A stretch of 64,000 bases of DNA. It comes from Felis catus (Eukaryota). A program made the position numbers and the translations under genes. The stretch lies in NCBI RefSeq assembly GCF_018350175.1, contig NC_058368.1:76138001-76202000 (forward strand). The letters are read 5' to 3'. Below are positions 22,573-36,560 of the stretch, piece by piece; within the stretch, counting starts at the first letter, position 1; each line of letters opens with the position of its first letter. Below the pieces are notes generated by a model. That model saw only the letters and a list, made by a program, of their open reading frames with translations, did no database searches and was not told the origin of the DNA.

Positions 22573-23369
22573 GGCATGAGTTGCCTATCTGGATTCCTCG
22601 ATTTAATGGAAACTTACTATATCTGTCTCTAGCAACTGCTCAACATTTTCATGCGTAAGGGATTTCCATCTCAGGGTTAAAAAAAATCTATAAAAAGTCC
22701 TCTTAAATATATATTTTTTTATTTCTGCAAATGCATGCCAGGCATTGTGTTAGATTTTGGGGACAGAGCAGACAGAGCGACACAGTAGCTGGCCCATGAG
22801 TCTTTTCCTTCCAGCCACTACATATTTATTTTTGCGAGCGTATTACACATAAAAATGTGTGCCAGGCGCCACCGAAAGGACACCAACACACAGACCTTTC
22901 AGGAAGAGTCAGGATCAAGTCTTCACCCTGCTCTGTTACTTGCACACCGTGTGGTCTAGTGGAAGTTTCCTGAACTTCTCACGTGTGCCGGGTCTCAAAA
23001 TTATGTTCAAAAAGAAATTCTTCACCTGAGTCCCCAAACTAATCCTGCCTCAAAGTTTCTCCTATTGGCAAACGGGATCTCAATTCTTCCAGATACTCAA
23101 ACAGAAAACCTTGAAGTCCTTCCCAACACCTCATTTTTCCTCTTACACAACTCATTCAATCTATTAAGAAGATACACCATCAGCTTTGTCGAGACAGGTC
23201 TAGAATGTAATACTTAAGGAAAATCACCACCCCTATTATATGATAAAAGGCAACATCATTTCGGACCTGGACAACTGCTATAATTTCCCAGCTCGTCTAT
23301 CTGTTTCTACCTTCTTCCCCTATGGTTCCTGTCCACAGGGCTGCCCGTTACCTTTTATTGTTGTTGTTG

Positions 23370-23655
23370 TTTTTAATAGACCTTATTTCTGAGAGCAGTT
23401 TTAGGTTCACAACACAATTAAGTGGAAAATACAGAGATTTCCCATATCCTCCCCCACACCCCTGACACACAACAGCCCCCACTATCAACACCCCCACCAG
23501 ACTGGTGCCGTGGTTACAATCCATGAACCTTCACTGGTGTATCATAATCTCCCAGAGTCCGTGGTCTATATTTGGGTTCGCTCTTGGCGTTACACCTGCT
23601 AGGGGTTTCAACAAATGTATAAGGGCACGTAACCACCACTGTCATATCATATAGA
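23370..23655 (-). mobile_element. Old L1M 3'-end fragment
   Basis: gagcagttttaggttcaca...acagagatttcccatat...tacaatccatgaacct, typical of reversed L1MA/MB 3'UTR. Confidence 0.7.
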
Positions 23656-23999
23656 CCCTGTTATCTTTTCAACGTGGGGTTGAGTCTCTAATCTGCTCAA
23701 GACTCTTTGATGGCTTGCTCTTGCTGGTTCTCTCCAGATGCTTCCAGATGGTTGCCTTCACCTCCCCCTTGGCCACACTGCTCTTCTGCAGGCATCAGCT
23801 CAGCTCGTCCCTCGCATGGCCACTTGCTTTCACTCCACCATCACCTTGGCGGAAGGACAGGCGTCACAGCCAACCCGGCTCTTCTGGAAGCCACTTTACT
23901 CTCCACGCCCTTGTTCTTCTTTCTTTCTTATCTTCCCTAAATATTTTATGTATTTTTTTTTCTTTATGTGTCTGCTGTCATTTTGTTCAGACATAATGT

Positions 24000-24720
24000 A
24001 AACCATGAGGCTAAGGACTTTACTCTTTTTGTTCGCCATCACACTGAATAAATCGACTTCTCCGTGCCTCTGTTTTTCCATCTGTAAAATGGATGTCATA
24101 ATAGAAACCACAGTCTCGGATTTCTACAATGAAGAAATAATGTCCCAAAGCAGATCAAGTTCTGCCCAGCGTCACTTGCTCACTACGTGTTAGTTGTTAC
24201 TATTTTTGTCATTTGGAAGATCAGGTTGAGAGCTCACGGTCTTTTCCTCTGGCTCTTTTTCCTCCTTTTAAACTTCAGTCTCTTTAGACTCTTTCAAACT
24301 AGTGTCTGGACCTTATGAATCTCTGCCATTCTATGTATATTAATACCTCTACCAGGCCCTAAATACCTAGCAGCTGGCATCTTAAAACACATTAATATAG
24401 TGTTTTAAATGACAATATTCTTCCAATAGGGAAATTGAATGTGATTTAAAATAGTCTTATAATAATACATAACAATCATAATAATGCCCACTTTATATGG
24501 AGAAACTACTACGTGCCAGAGACTGTTTATGTGTGTTTTTCTAACGCTTTCTAACACTTACAATGATCTTGCAAGGCTGAGATTATTTCACCAAGTTTTA
24601 AGACTAGGACATGGGTTGTTAGAGCAGTTAAGGCCACATTGCCTCTTTAGACCACAAACCCAGTAAGAGGTGGGCTTGGGATCTAGTAGCAGGATGCTTT
24701 GGTTTCAAAACCTCACTCTT
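24000..24720. mobile_element. MIR-like remnants (about 24000-24200 and 24480-24720)
   Basis: cctctgtttttccatctgtaaaatgg core and a reverse MIR-like segment. Confidence 0.6.
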
Positions 24721-25368
24721 TTTACTATGACATGAAGCTTGGGCAGTGACGATGGGGCTTTAAGGGAACATAACAGTAACGCGCACACATGTGAGGCGCA
24801 CAGAGGCTGGCACGGGCTCCCCAGGGCAGGTCTGGCCACGAGCAGGGACACCTGGAGGGCCTCGAACATCCACACCATATATATATATATGTATATATTG
24901 TGTTTAGAAAAGTAGAGACCATCTAGTCCAAGCAGACAGATACATCCTGTAATATAATATATACAACATTTAACATGCCATCATTTGAATCTCACTGGCT
25001 GCCTGAAAAATACCTGATTGGTTAATTGCATTTAGCTTTTCTGTTTATTGTTTTTTACACTGTGTGTGAGTGTGTGTGTGTGTGTGTGTGTGCGTGGTTC
25101 ATATGTTCTTCCTCTCTCTGACTTGGTGCTGGGCTTTTTGCAAAGAGAAATATATCCATTTTGGGTGTTTTTCTCTTGAAGTGTATATTCATATTTTAGG
25201 AAGTCACCGAGATTTTTCTTGCTTAAAGCAGTATTAGGAAGGTGGGGGTAAGGCGTTCGCTTATCTTTGCCTACAAAATGAATTCTATGCAGTTCTTCAT
25301 TTGTTTATATTCAAAGTCAGTTTTTCTCCCTTATACCAGGAGAATTCCACCCTTCCTTTTTGCCTTTT

Positions 25369-25582
25369 GGGGGCACCTGGGTACCTCAGTCAGTTGAGTG
25401 TCTGATTCTTGATTTCGGCTCAGGTCATGATCCCAGGGTCATGGGATAGAGCCCTGTGTCAGGTTCACTGCTGAGCGTGAAGCCTGCTTGGGACTCTTGG
25501 GATTCTCTCTCTCTCTTTCCCTCTGCCCCTCTCCCGAACTCATGCATTCTCTTTCTCTCTCTTCCTCTCTCTCAAAAAAAAA
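25369..25582 (+). mobile_element. CAN-SINE
   Basis: gggggcacctggg head, (CT)n, A tail. Confidence 0.9.
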
Positions 25583-28357
25583 GTAGATGATAACCAAAAT
25601 GAGTTACTAAAAAAATAAAATGAAAAGGTTAGTGGTATTCCCCCCCAAAATCCCTAGTTATACTACAAAACCAGTTATCAAACTATTTAATCCTTAACGT
25701 AGGAAAATCCTTCTTGAGGGTAGACACATTTTGGGTTTTGTTGCCAGCTGCCTAAAGACGCACACCAAAAGTCTCAGTTTAGAACAGGCTTCCATTTCAC
25801 TTGTTTCTTGGCAACCCCACATGAGGGTGGGTTTGACTGTCAAAAACCACACTTTGCACACAAAACAAAACAAAGCAGAAAGATGAGGTTGTTGCAATTG
25901 TTTCCATCTCTAAATCAGGAAACCCACGGCTATGGGAGCAAAGAGTTCTAAGTTGCTCACAGACTAAGGGATTTTTCTGGGATAACTATGGAGGAATTTG
26001 GCTTGTGCAGCTGATTGGGTGCCTAGTGATCTTTCTTACTTTGGATCAGATTAGCTGTCAGATGAAGAAGGGAGTCCAGTTATGGCCTGACCAGACTTGA
26101 TGTTTGGAGATTGGAGGATGCCCTCTACCAATTTCTGAGAAGCGCTGTAACTTCCTGTGAGGTTGGGTGAGGGTTCCTTCACGCACCTGCACTGACTGTC
26201 TCCATCATGTCCTTGACGTAGGTGACTTCATTTCTGTTTTGGTCTATAGAAGTCATAGGTATGAAATAAATCATGTCAAAGCAAGGGTCGCACATGGGGC
26301 ATTTGTAGATATCACCTGACATAAATCTTCCTGACATGTAAACCAAGCCTTTTTATACGCCTTTTACAGATGAAGAAATTGAGTTCTAAGTAGGTTGCTT
26401 AAGTCACAGAGATAGGGATGTTGCATAGACTTAAAATTGGTTTTTCCCCTTAAACCATGGCACTTTAAGGGATGGCTTTTTTTGCCCCCTGGCCTGATCG
26501 TTGAAAATACATAGTATACACACAACAAAACAAGATCAAACAGTACACAAGTGTTTAAAGCCCAACGCCATTCCACCATTTCCAAATCTACTTTGCAAAA
26601 TTTATCATTGTTATTTAATATACAATTTTCTAAATTTTTCAATGTCTAGACGACTGGAGTTACACCAGGGCTAGGCCAAGGTTTGCCTGCACATGTATTT
26701 TGCTTGGCTAATGCCATATTTTTAAAGCATTTAAATGAAATGAAAACATTAAACACACACACAAAAGTATACATTAGCACCTGAATCTAGTCTACCTTGT
26801 CTTTAAGAAACCTAAATATCTGACTAGGTGGGACACTGGTTCCCACAGGGCTCCAGTCGGCAGGCACCGGGGATGATGTGCCCCAGTCCACACATCCCCC
26901 TCCCTTCTAATGTGCCCAGTCACCTGCCCTAGGCCACACCTGGTCTGATATTACCTGGGTGGCCCCTGGGAGCACTTTCAGCTTGCAACTCGTATATTTA
27001 TTCGTTAAACTGCTTTTTCCACTTATGATTCTATTGGGACTGTCTTTCCATATCTTTCCTTCATTTCTTAAATACCTGCCCACTAGTCCATTGTTTGGCT
27101 ACAATATCCTTTATTTCACCCTCTCACTGTTGAAGAAGAGTTAAGCCTGTTTCTGCTATTGAAGAGCTTTAACAATTGTCCTTATAGGTGTATTTTGCCA
27201 CTTGTGTTTGTGTTGCAATAAAATATAGTCCTAGAGGTGGCAATGCAGGGTACAAAGGGATGTGTGTTTTGTCCTCTGAGGAATTGGCCAAATAGGCATC
27301 TAAAGTGTGCACTGAATATATTACATGTAAAAAGCATCTATTCCCCAGGGCTCTCATATGGATCAAGTCACATATTAGTAGACACTCAAATTTGGAACCA
27401 TTTTGGGAAAAGCGTGCCTTTCAGCACAATGAAAGAAACAAAGTACCATAAACTTTATTTCAAAATGCATTTTAAAACACTTACATCCACACTGAACTTT
27501 AGTCACGATGCCATCATGGCGGATGGTGGAATCACTCTTAACTGTAAAGTAAGACAGTAACGAAGAAACCGCAGGAAACTGTTCTGCTGTGCTTAGATCC
27601 TCTTTGGTAAATGCCATAAAGAACTAAAAAGAAATGAAGCATTGCTATAGGAAATTGTACTGAGGGTGGCTTTTTAATTGTTCCTCGCTTTTGGCCTATT
27701 GTTTAAATAATTTTAAGGGAAAAAAAATCCCTCCTGAGAAGGAAATATAATAAATACCACTTAGGAAATACAGAGATATAAATATAATTATGAGAAGAAT
27801 GTGCTATTTCTGCCAAATTACTAGTGGAAAGCTAAAAAGGAAATTAAAGCTTTTTAAACCCCAGCAAAAATGTTCACTTTACAAAGAATAAATCCTGCTT
27901 AAACCTAACCTGAAGTGAGATTTGTGAAAGACTGACCTGACATTCATCTCCAAAAACACGAAAGAGAGCGTGAGCACCGAAGTATTTATGACTTTGCTCT
28001 TACTAGAATGTGATCATTGATCTAAGTATTTTTCTATGACAACAGAGATCATGGCTGTTCTTTTATACATTTCCTTCTTAACAAGTCATTTTAAACTGTG
28101 TGTGTGTTTGTGTGTGTGTGTGTATTATATATGCATGTGTTTATATGTGTGTTTGTACACACATATATACAAACTAGAAACTGTATGAGGAAGATACATA
28201 CGTATACATCTTCCTCAAGCAGAATATAAAGATTGACCGTTAGTTTCATTACAGTTTAAATAAATTTCACTCTTTATTTTCCAAAAGTAAATACCTTGTC
28301 CAATGATCAACTACACAGAAAACCAAAGTCAATCTTTATCATATAAGAGCACCTCCA

Positions 28358-28575
28358 GGGGCGCCTGGGTGGTTCAGTTGGTTAAACATCTGACTCTTGA
28401 TTTTGGATCAGGTCGTGATCTCATGGTTTGTGGGATTGAGCCCCCCTTGGGGCTTTGTGCTGACAGAGCAGAACCTGCTTGGGATTCTATCTCTTTATCT
28501 CTCTCTCTCTCTCTCTCTCTCTGCCCCTGCCCACTCCCTCTCTCTCAAATAAACTTAAAAAAATAAAAATAAAAA
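28358..28575 (+). mobile_element. CAN-SINE
   Basis: Full copy. Confidence 0.92.
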
Positions 28576-29338
28576 AGAGAATACTTCCATGACAAAGATT
28601 TTAAAATAGAAGTGTAGAAATTCTCTACCCTGAAATAGATCAACTTTTCCATTTCTTTCAAATCACTACTTTCCTTAACCTTAATATGCCCCATTTTAAC
28701 TTTTCAGTTCTCATTTCTCTCTGAGTAGGTAATGATAGTAAGTGACTTTTACACACTTTGGTAGAGATTCAATGAAAAAAAATCAATATATTACTTATGC
28801 CTATCCTTGATCGGCCAAGAGAACATTTTACAGCCTTCCCTTCCCCCATATCCGTTGCAAAATGGGCCAGATCAGAAAAATATGGGAATAAATACACCAC
28901 TTTACAAATGAGAACACATGTTATCCTTGTCCAAGTGGGCTATAGATCACATTTTGCTTAAAATATCCTAAATTTAAAATTCTCCCAATAGATTGAAGCA
29001 ATGTAACATTAATTCATTCAACAAACACTTGTTAAAGATTTACTATGGGCTAAGCTTCATATAAGGTGTTGCAAAGAATATTAGGAACTATCAGGTCATT
29101 TCTTCTTAAAATATGAGTAAGAAAGAACATGTAGGTAACTATCTGGAAAGCCCAAATTTTGACCCAGACAAAAGAAAGGGACCACTGACAAATGTAAAGC
29201 TCTCCACTTAATTTAAAAATAATCTGTTTCGTATGTTCACATTTAGAAAGAACTGAGAAGTGGCTAACACAGAACTCCCTTAAAAGTGTCTGTCATCATC
29301 CCAGACTGAGCCCCAAGATGTTAAAGTGCAATAAAAAT

Positions 29339-29543
29339 ATTTTTTAATGTTTATTTATTTTTGAAAGAGAGACAAAGTGTGAACAGGGAGGGGCAGAGAG
29401 AGAGGGAGACATGGAATCCAAAGCAGGCTCCAGGATCTGAGCTGTCAGCACAGAGCCCCACTCGGGGCTTTAACCCACAAACCTTGAGATCATGACCTGA
29501 GCCAAAGTCAGATGCTTAACCAACTGAGCCACCCAGGCACCCC
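29339..29543 (-). mobile_element. CAN-SINE
   Basis: Full reverse copy. Confidence 0.92.
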
Positions 29544-30059
29544 AAAAATCTTACAGTAAATAAGAAACATTGGCCAGAATCAACCGAGGAGGAAGTGGCT
29601 ATGTGCCCGACACACAGTAGATACTCAACAAACTGTTGGGAAATGAATCAATACATGAACTGTCTTCAAACATGGTTGTAATAAATACCTGAGGAATAAA
29701 GCAGGTTTGTTCCCTATTTTCACTTTTGTAGGGTGGAAATAAATAACGTGAAGAAGAACTGAAAAGAAAGCAGGTTCCTCAACCTATGGTCCTGTTTTGT
29801 AAATAAAGTTGTATTAGAACTTGGAACCATCACACCTACTTAGTTACCTTTCTCTGTAGCTTCCCTTAAAGACTAGATTATTTACTACGTGGATCTTTAC
29901 GGCTATTCCCTGCCACCAACAGCGTTCTAGCAGGGTCCATGGTAACCTTGTTACAATAGTGCTGATGAGTGTGTAAAATAAAGGGGTGCAGCGTTGATAA
30001 AGGGGAAAAGGAGAAACATCAACAGTGCATTTCATGTTGAAGCTTCTTCATTCTTTATT

Positions 30060-30272
30060 ATTTTTTTTAATGTTTGTTTATTTTTGAGACAATGCAAGAG
30101 ACAGAGTGCAAGTGGCCAAGGGGCAGACCGACGGAGACACAGAATCCCAAGCAGGTTCTAGGCTCAGGGCAGTCAGCACAGAGCCCGACGCGGGGCTCAA
30201 ACTCACGAACCATGAGATCATGACCTGAGCCCAAGTCGGACGCTTAACCGACTGAGCCACCCAGGTGTCCCT
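30060..30272 (-). mobile_element. CAN-SINE
   Basis: TSD cttcttcattct. Confidence 0.92.
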
Positions 30273-30767
30273 AGAAACTTCTTCATTCTGTTGCAGCTTC
30301 TCCTGGGCTTATTTTCCTGCTTTCCTATGTAGGATGATTTTCAAAAAATAGGTGTTTCTGTGATCAACCACATTTAAAAAGGACTACACATCATAAGCTC
30401 TTACTGAAGATTCTTAAAAAATCTTTAACCACCTTTTTACTTTTATTCTGATGTGATCCATGGGCAAGGAGCCAGGGTCCCTTTGTTTAACCCATTATTT
30501 GCCAATTATATTTGAGGAAGGAACTCCTGTTCTCAGAGCACTCTTTAAACTCACTGGAGTGCCAGCATATATGGGACTTTCCTTCAAGAAGATTGCTTCC
30601 TTTGTCCATGTAAAGGAACTGGTAGCAGTGTCCTAAGTAGTGTAGATATGCACAGTGGAAGATGACCATAAGGACGAGAATACATGACAGACATGACTAG
30701 AATACCAATAAAGCACATGACAAAGTATGGATCAACTTGGTGATTAGAAGTTTGTCTATACTAGGAC

Positions 30768-31005
30768 AGTGTTTTTCCAAGCAGCCCATGGACCTTCGGC
30801 GTCAAACTCACCTGGGATACTTGTTAAAAGTGCTAACTTTGGGGCACCTGGGTGGCTCAGTCACTTGAGCATCTGACTCTTGATTTTGGCTCAGATCATG
30901 ATCCCAGTGTCGTGAGATGGAGCCCCACATCGGGCTCTGCACTGACAGTGTGGAGCCTGCTTAGGATTCTCTCTCTCCTGCTCTCTGCCCCTCCCCTACC
31001 CAGGC

Positions 31006-31058
<53 letters not shown>

Positions 31059-31220
31059 CTCACTATCCCTCTTTCAAAATAAATAAACTTAAAAAATCTT
31101 TTAAAAAAGTGCTAACTTCATGGTTCCACCCAAGACATAATAAATCAGAATATTTGTGGTGGTGATGTAGATCTTGATTTTGACAAGTCCGCAAGGAATT
31201 TTCACATCCCTTATTATTAA
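30768..31220 (+). mobile_element. MER5-like hAT element interrupted by a CAN-SINE (30841-31108)
   Basis: cagtgtttttccaa...cacctgg...cttgttaaaa[SINE]...aatcagaat; SINE TSD aaaagtgctaactt. Confidence 0.8.
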
Positions 31221-33971
31221 AGAACCAAAGCCTCCAGAAGATCAACAGAGATCTCTGGGAGACAATCCCAGGGCCCACTTGCCCATGATGTTCCTATTTT
31301 CCACAGAGCTTTGGTAAAGCCGTATATCATCCAAACATGAAGCCCTACTGCCTTGACACAATATCAGTGAAGGGTGTAAGCAGATTAATGTAACTCTGGG
31401 AAAACCACAAAACAAATATTTGCACCTATCAGAGCAATCTCTTTACCAAATTATAAGAAATCAAGAACACTTGCAAAGAAGTTTCGGCTTCATTTCGCAT
31501 ATTTCCTTAAAGCTTTTCTTGAATCCTTCAGTCTTCCAAAATGTCTTGGTCCCTTGAACTTGATTGTAATTTACTTTCTTTCTAAATATTTATATTGCAC
31601 TGAATATGATACAAATCTTTTATTTTATATTTGATAATTCTTATCGCCCCATTGCATATACTTAAAAACATGTTTGTACATTGTGGGACACAGCAGGGAC
31701 AATTAACTCGGTTTTATGAAATACATGTGATGCATTCAATTTACTGAGAGCTAATCCCAGGTAGATAGTAACATATGTATCAACCTTGACAAGCCTTGTT
31801 CATGGCTCCTGTTCAGTCCCAGCTATTTCCCCATTTCTGTCTTGTTTATAAACACGGGTTTCCATGACTTTAGGGAGATGATCTTCAGGGGGAAGAGTGA
31901 TTCCAAGGTCATACAATATTGGGAAATAGTGGCTCAGCGGTGAAGCTGGGAAAACAGAGCTTAGAGTCTGCTTGTTTCATTAATCAGATAGGCTCAGGCA
32001 GCAAATCCCCCGCAGTCACAAGGTACAAGTTGAATAACAACAACAACACTATTGTGAACAAAAAGGAATGTTTCTCCGAGTGGAGAACGTGGTAAAAATT
32101 GTGTATCCCCAAGGTCATAGAAGCAACCAGGCATCCGGAGCCTTAATTAGGAGAAGAAGTTGTCGAAAAGAGTTCTCTGGAGGTGCTAATGCGACGCGCA
32201 TGTGTCGGGCGGGAAAGGTGCGGGATCGGTGATGAGGTGACGTGGTTTCTGGTAGCTTGCTGCATGGCAGAACTATAAAGAATGGAGTGAATGTATAGAT
32301 TCAGAAAGGAAACAATATCATAAAAACATGAAGGCACAATTCAGTAGTGGTGGGGGACCCTTTGACAGAAGATCAGAGAGAGCTCTAGGGTAAGACCAAG
32401 AGGAAACCCCAAATATACCACTTAGACATTAGTTTTTCAAGCAAACATGTAAGTGGGGGTCCACATTCCTATGGTCCAATAGAAAAAAGAAAAAAAAAAG
32501 CCCAGGACTGCTCTCAAAAAGATCGGGGGCCACCACTGGGGGCAGCAGTCGGTGTGGGTGTGTGGAAGGGGGTTACCTCCGCAGTCCACCTTGGTGCTCA
32601 GATCATGATCCCAGGGTCACGAGATCGAGCCCTACCTGGGCACCAGCCCACTCCTGCAAGAACGTCTTTAGTCTTCAGACAATTTTTCCTGGGTTTGAAG
32701 GAAACTTTGATTAATGAATGAGAAAAAAAAAAGGGGGGGGGGGTAAAAGCTAAATGTCTCTTTAAGGCTCAAAACAGTCTATCATAAAAAGTAAATTCAA
32801 GGGGTCTGTAATTTCATAAGGACAGGAGCCTGCCCCATGGCCATAGTAGGCACACGGGAATTACATTTGCAAGAGAATATAATTTTCCACCAAACTTTCT
32901 CACAGAAGCAAAACTTAGTTATGCCTTTGAATACCTTCTGCGCTGAATTCAGCACAGGCAGCCTGAGGGGATGCAAGTTACCACCATTAACAAGGAAAAG
33001 CTCGAGAAAGATCCAAGGGTTTTTGATTATCTCTACGTATTTCTATATCAGCGTCTACATTTTTACTAGATCTAGATATTTTGTAGATTCTATATGTGTA
33101 TATCTGAGACAGGTTAATATCAGCCCTCATCTGTCTATGGCTTCTACCTACTGCTCCTTTCCGTAGTTTTCCTTACTTCTGTTGGATTGTGGCAACAGAA
33201 AGGGATACACTGCAGAGTTATCTGGCCGGGCGGCTTACAGTTTGGAAAATAACTAAATGTCTTTGCAGTCGGCTGTCCGTATTCCTGGGATGGAGGAGGT
33301 CGGTGCCCTATTTTGGCGACCACACAAGAAGGAATGGGTTCTATCAGCTAAAGTACTGAATTTTCCGAGCGAGGCCTCCACGTAGCAGATTACAGTTGTT
33401 TGTCGTTGTGTTGTTTGCTTGCTTCTGATGATTTGCTTCTCCCGCCCTCTTTCTGGGCTCTTTCAAGGTCAGCAGCTCCCGAGAGCCCTCCTCTCCCGAC
33501 TTCCCCAGTGTCTGCTCAGAGTTGTTCCCAAGGAAGCTCCGGTTGCTGATCAGAAGTAGCAGCTCTGCTCCTCTCATGGTACATTTACTGAGAATTTGAG
33601 AGCAATCAGATGGATCATGAAGAGTAATGAGCTCTAATTTACAGTGAATTGAACAGGCAAGATGCTGTCTTTGCCTGAAATGTATCCTTCAGAAACCTTG
33701 TTTTGTGGTTCCACCGTTATTGCCCTAGGACTACCCTAACACCATCTAGGTTGATCCTAAGCCACTGTGCTCTCTGACTACGACAGCAAATGTATTTCCC
33801 CTCTCTAAAATTAAATTTAGTTAAATTTAATTTTCATTTCTTTTTTTTTCTTTTTTTTAGAATTTGATACCAACTTTTAAGACGCTAACGTTCAAACTGT
33901 ATTTGAAAAGGAGACAATGAAGCTTTTTAAAACACGAAGATATGCCTGCCAGCTTAGAGATGACCCTTTCC

Positions 33972-34165
33972 GGGGGTGCCTGGGTGGCTCAGTCCACTGA
34001 GCATCTGACTCTTGATTTTAGCTCAGGTCAGGATCTCATGGTTCGTGAGTTCAAGCCCCGCACTGGGGGCTTGGAATTCTCTCTCTCCTCCCTCTCTGAC
34101 CGTCCCCTGATCATTCACTCTCTTTCTGTCTCTCAAAATAAATAAGTAAATATATACTTTTTAAA
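33972..34165 (+). mobile_element. CAN-SINE with an internal deletion
   Basis: gggggtgcctgggtggctcag head and aaataaataa tail. Confidence 0.88.
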
Positions 34166-35848
34166 GATGAACGTTTCCCTCCCATTTCTACCTCACCCAC
34201 TGCTCTGGCCCTAGTAACTTTTGCAGAACCACAAGATGTCTGAGTGATGCTGCTGTGACATCAACGTTTTTTCAGATAAAGAGTATTTTGTGGGACTAAC
34301 ACTAGCATTCACGTTGTCTCCTGTAGAAGTCCTGGTTAGAGAGTGAAAGCTCAGGTCTACTCAGAATGTTCTCTCCTATTTACCTTCCTATGTGCCAGAA
34401 ATAGCCTTTCATCAAAAAATAATTTTAATTTTTTTAAGTATTTATTTTAAGCCTACACATCTGTGGCTGGAATGAACCAATTGAGAGAAACTAGTTTAAT
34501 CATTCTCATCAGATAATCGTCTTATTATATTTATGTTTTGCTACGATTTTTCTCATAAATTCCAACTCATCCTTCTTGCCGTCTCAGAAAAATCTGTTGA
34601 ACTTGGAGAAAATCCATGTTCTGAGTGAGAATATTCTGTCTGCCAAATGGTGACGGTTGGCATTTGAAGAAAAAGTAAACAGAAAGTGAAGTAGTGAGAT
34701 AATTATTTTTATGAAAAGTCCCAACAGGAACAATATACCAAAGTTTGTTCTTCAATTACTTTAGACTATAACTAGGCAATCCAAAGAGGATGACGGGAAA
34801 GATGATTCCAGATTTCTATTTGAGTTACACTAGTTCCAAAATGTAAAATTATATCATATTCTCCCAGATATTAGTGCAATTAACCGAACAGCAGATGCCA
34901 TTCTTTATGGACACTTGCTTATGCACTGAATGAGAAAGACGCAATTATTGGCTTGATCCAGATGGCCATGGGAAGTAATTGAGATTCAGAAATAGTCAGA
35001 TTTCTGAAGAAATATGAAAGAGATACTGAATCAAAAACAGATTTCAGAAAAAGATCATGGGAAACAAATTCAAGCAAGGAATAGGGCTTTAAAAACTGTG
35101 TGATTTTAAAAACTCACATTACATGATTTCAGATGGCATGGATTTAATACCAATGTTGCAACTGCACTTTGTTCATTAGATACTGTATTAGTCTAAGATC
35201 GTAACACTATTTCTTCAGAACCCCTGATTCCCAGGGCACAGTCAGATCCAAAATGATAATAAATATGTGACTCAGTAGCTCCAAATTTTCACAAATCTAA
35301 CAATCATTCATTTCCAGAGTATGAGATGTGTCACAAAAATTCCTATGCAGTTTCTTGTTCTATAAAGGCTCTGAAAGCATGTCTAGTTATTCTCAAGAAA
35401 TCTCAATATACAAGCGTGACATTCTTGCCACATAAGGCCAACCCTGTGTCAATCAGGACTACTGTTTGGAACAAAAGAAATGAACTCAGTTAACAGAAAC
35501 AGAAAAAATAAATTATCATCATAGGGGTGCAGATAAATCAGAGCATCAGTAGGGAGCCTGGAAACTCAGATTTGAGGACCCAGGTTCAGAATGATGGTTA
35601 GCTATAACAAAAATCAAGGTCACCCACAGGAACAACTGAGGTAGTGTGTGGCTGTGTTAAGCTCTAGACCACCGAGAGTGTTATCTCTGGAACGTGGGTG
35701 CTCCCAACTCCAGTGGAATAAATTCTAAGTGCTGCTTGCCATCACAAATGGAAAAACCCAAGTGGGGACATTTACATGGACATACTTAGGTCCCCTGGCC
35801 TTACTGGAGCTAGACATGTCTTGGAGAGCAAGTATCTACTCATCCGTC

Positions 35849-35943
35849 CTTTCTCCTTCTTCCTTCCTTCCTTCCTTCCTTCCTTCCTTCCTTCCTTCCT
35901 TCCTTCCTTCTTCCTTCTTTTCTTGCTCCCTCCCTCCTTTATC

Positions 35944-35995
<52 letters not shown>

Positions 35996-36200
35996 TCCTT
36001 CCTTCCTTCCTTCCTTCCTTCCTTCCTTCCTTCCTTTCTCCTTCCTCCCTCCCTCTTTTTTCCTTCTCTCTTTCCTTCTTTCCTTTTCTTCCTCCTTCCT
36101 TTCCTCCTTCTTTTCTCCTTCCTTTCATCCTTCCTTCCTTTCTCCTTCCTTCCTTCCTTCCTTCCTTCCTTCCTTTCTTCCTTCCTCTCTCTTCTTTTTT
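35849..36200. repeat. Long compound (TTCC)n/(TTTC)n polypyrimidine tract
   Basis: About 350 nt with only three purines on the + strand. Confidence 0.97.
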
Positions 36201-36560
36201 GATGTAAGGTAGATTCAGAAATTCGAGACACTGAGCATCCAGAGGAATGACAGTGCTCATGAACAAGTGGTGTCATTTCTCCACTGTGCCCACCCAGTGG
36301 TGTGGTGAGGCAGTCTCTCAGCTGTGGCCACTTTCCAGTTCAGAAAATATGACACTATTGACTGAATTTATATTGCTTTGTTTAAGAAAGTTTTATGACA
36401 TACAATTTCTATTATTGTTGTCAAGGTTTCCTGTGTTCATTATGAAATAATTGGAAAACAGACAGGCAAATAGAAACAATAGCACTCATAACTCATCCAG
36501 CTGGAAATAACAAGGGGTCAACGTTTTGTTGTGTTTCTCAAGATTAAAAAAAAACTTTTA

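Noticed and set aside
33180..33640. Repeat-free block with a 77-aa minus ORF and a plus-strand acceptor-like site
   Set aside because: No recognisable homology, matching donor or partner exons; could be regulatory, but unsupported as CDS.
35729..36276. Four long ORFs (143-164 aa) on both strands
   Set aside because: Translations of the (TTCC)/(TTTC) microsatellite, which lacks stop codons.
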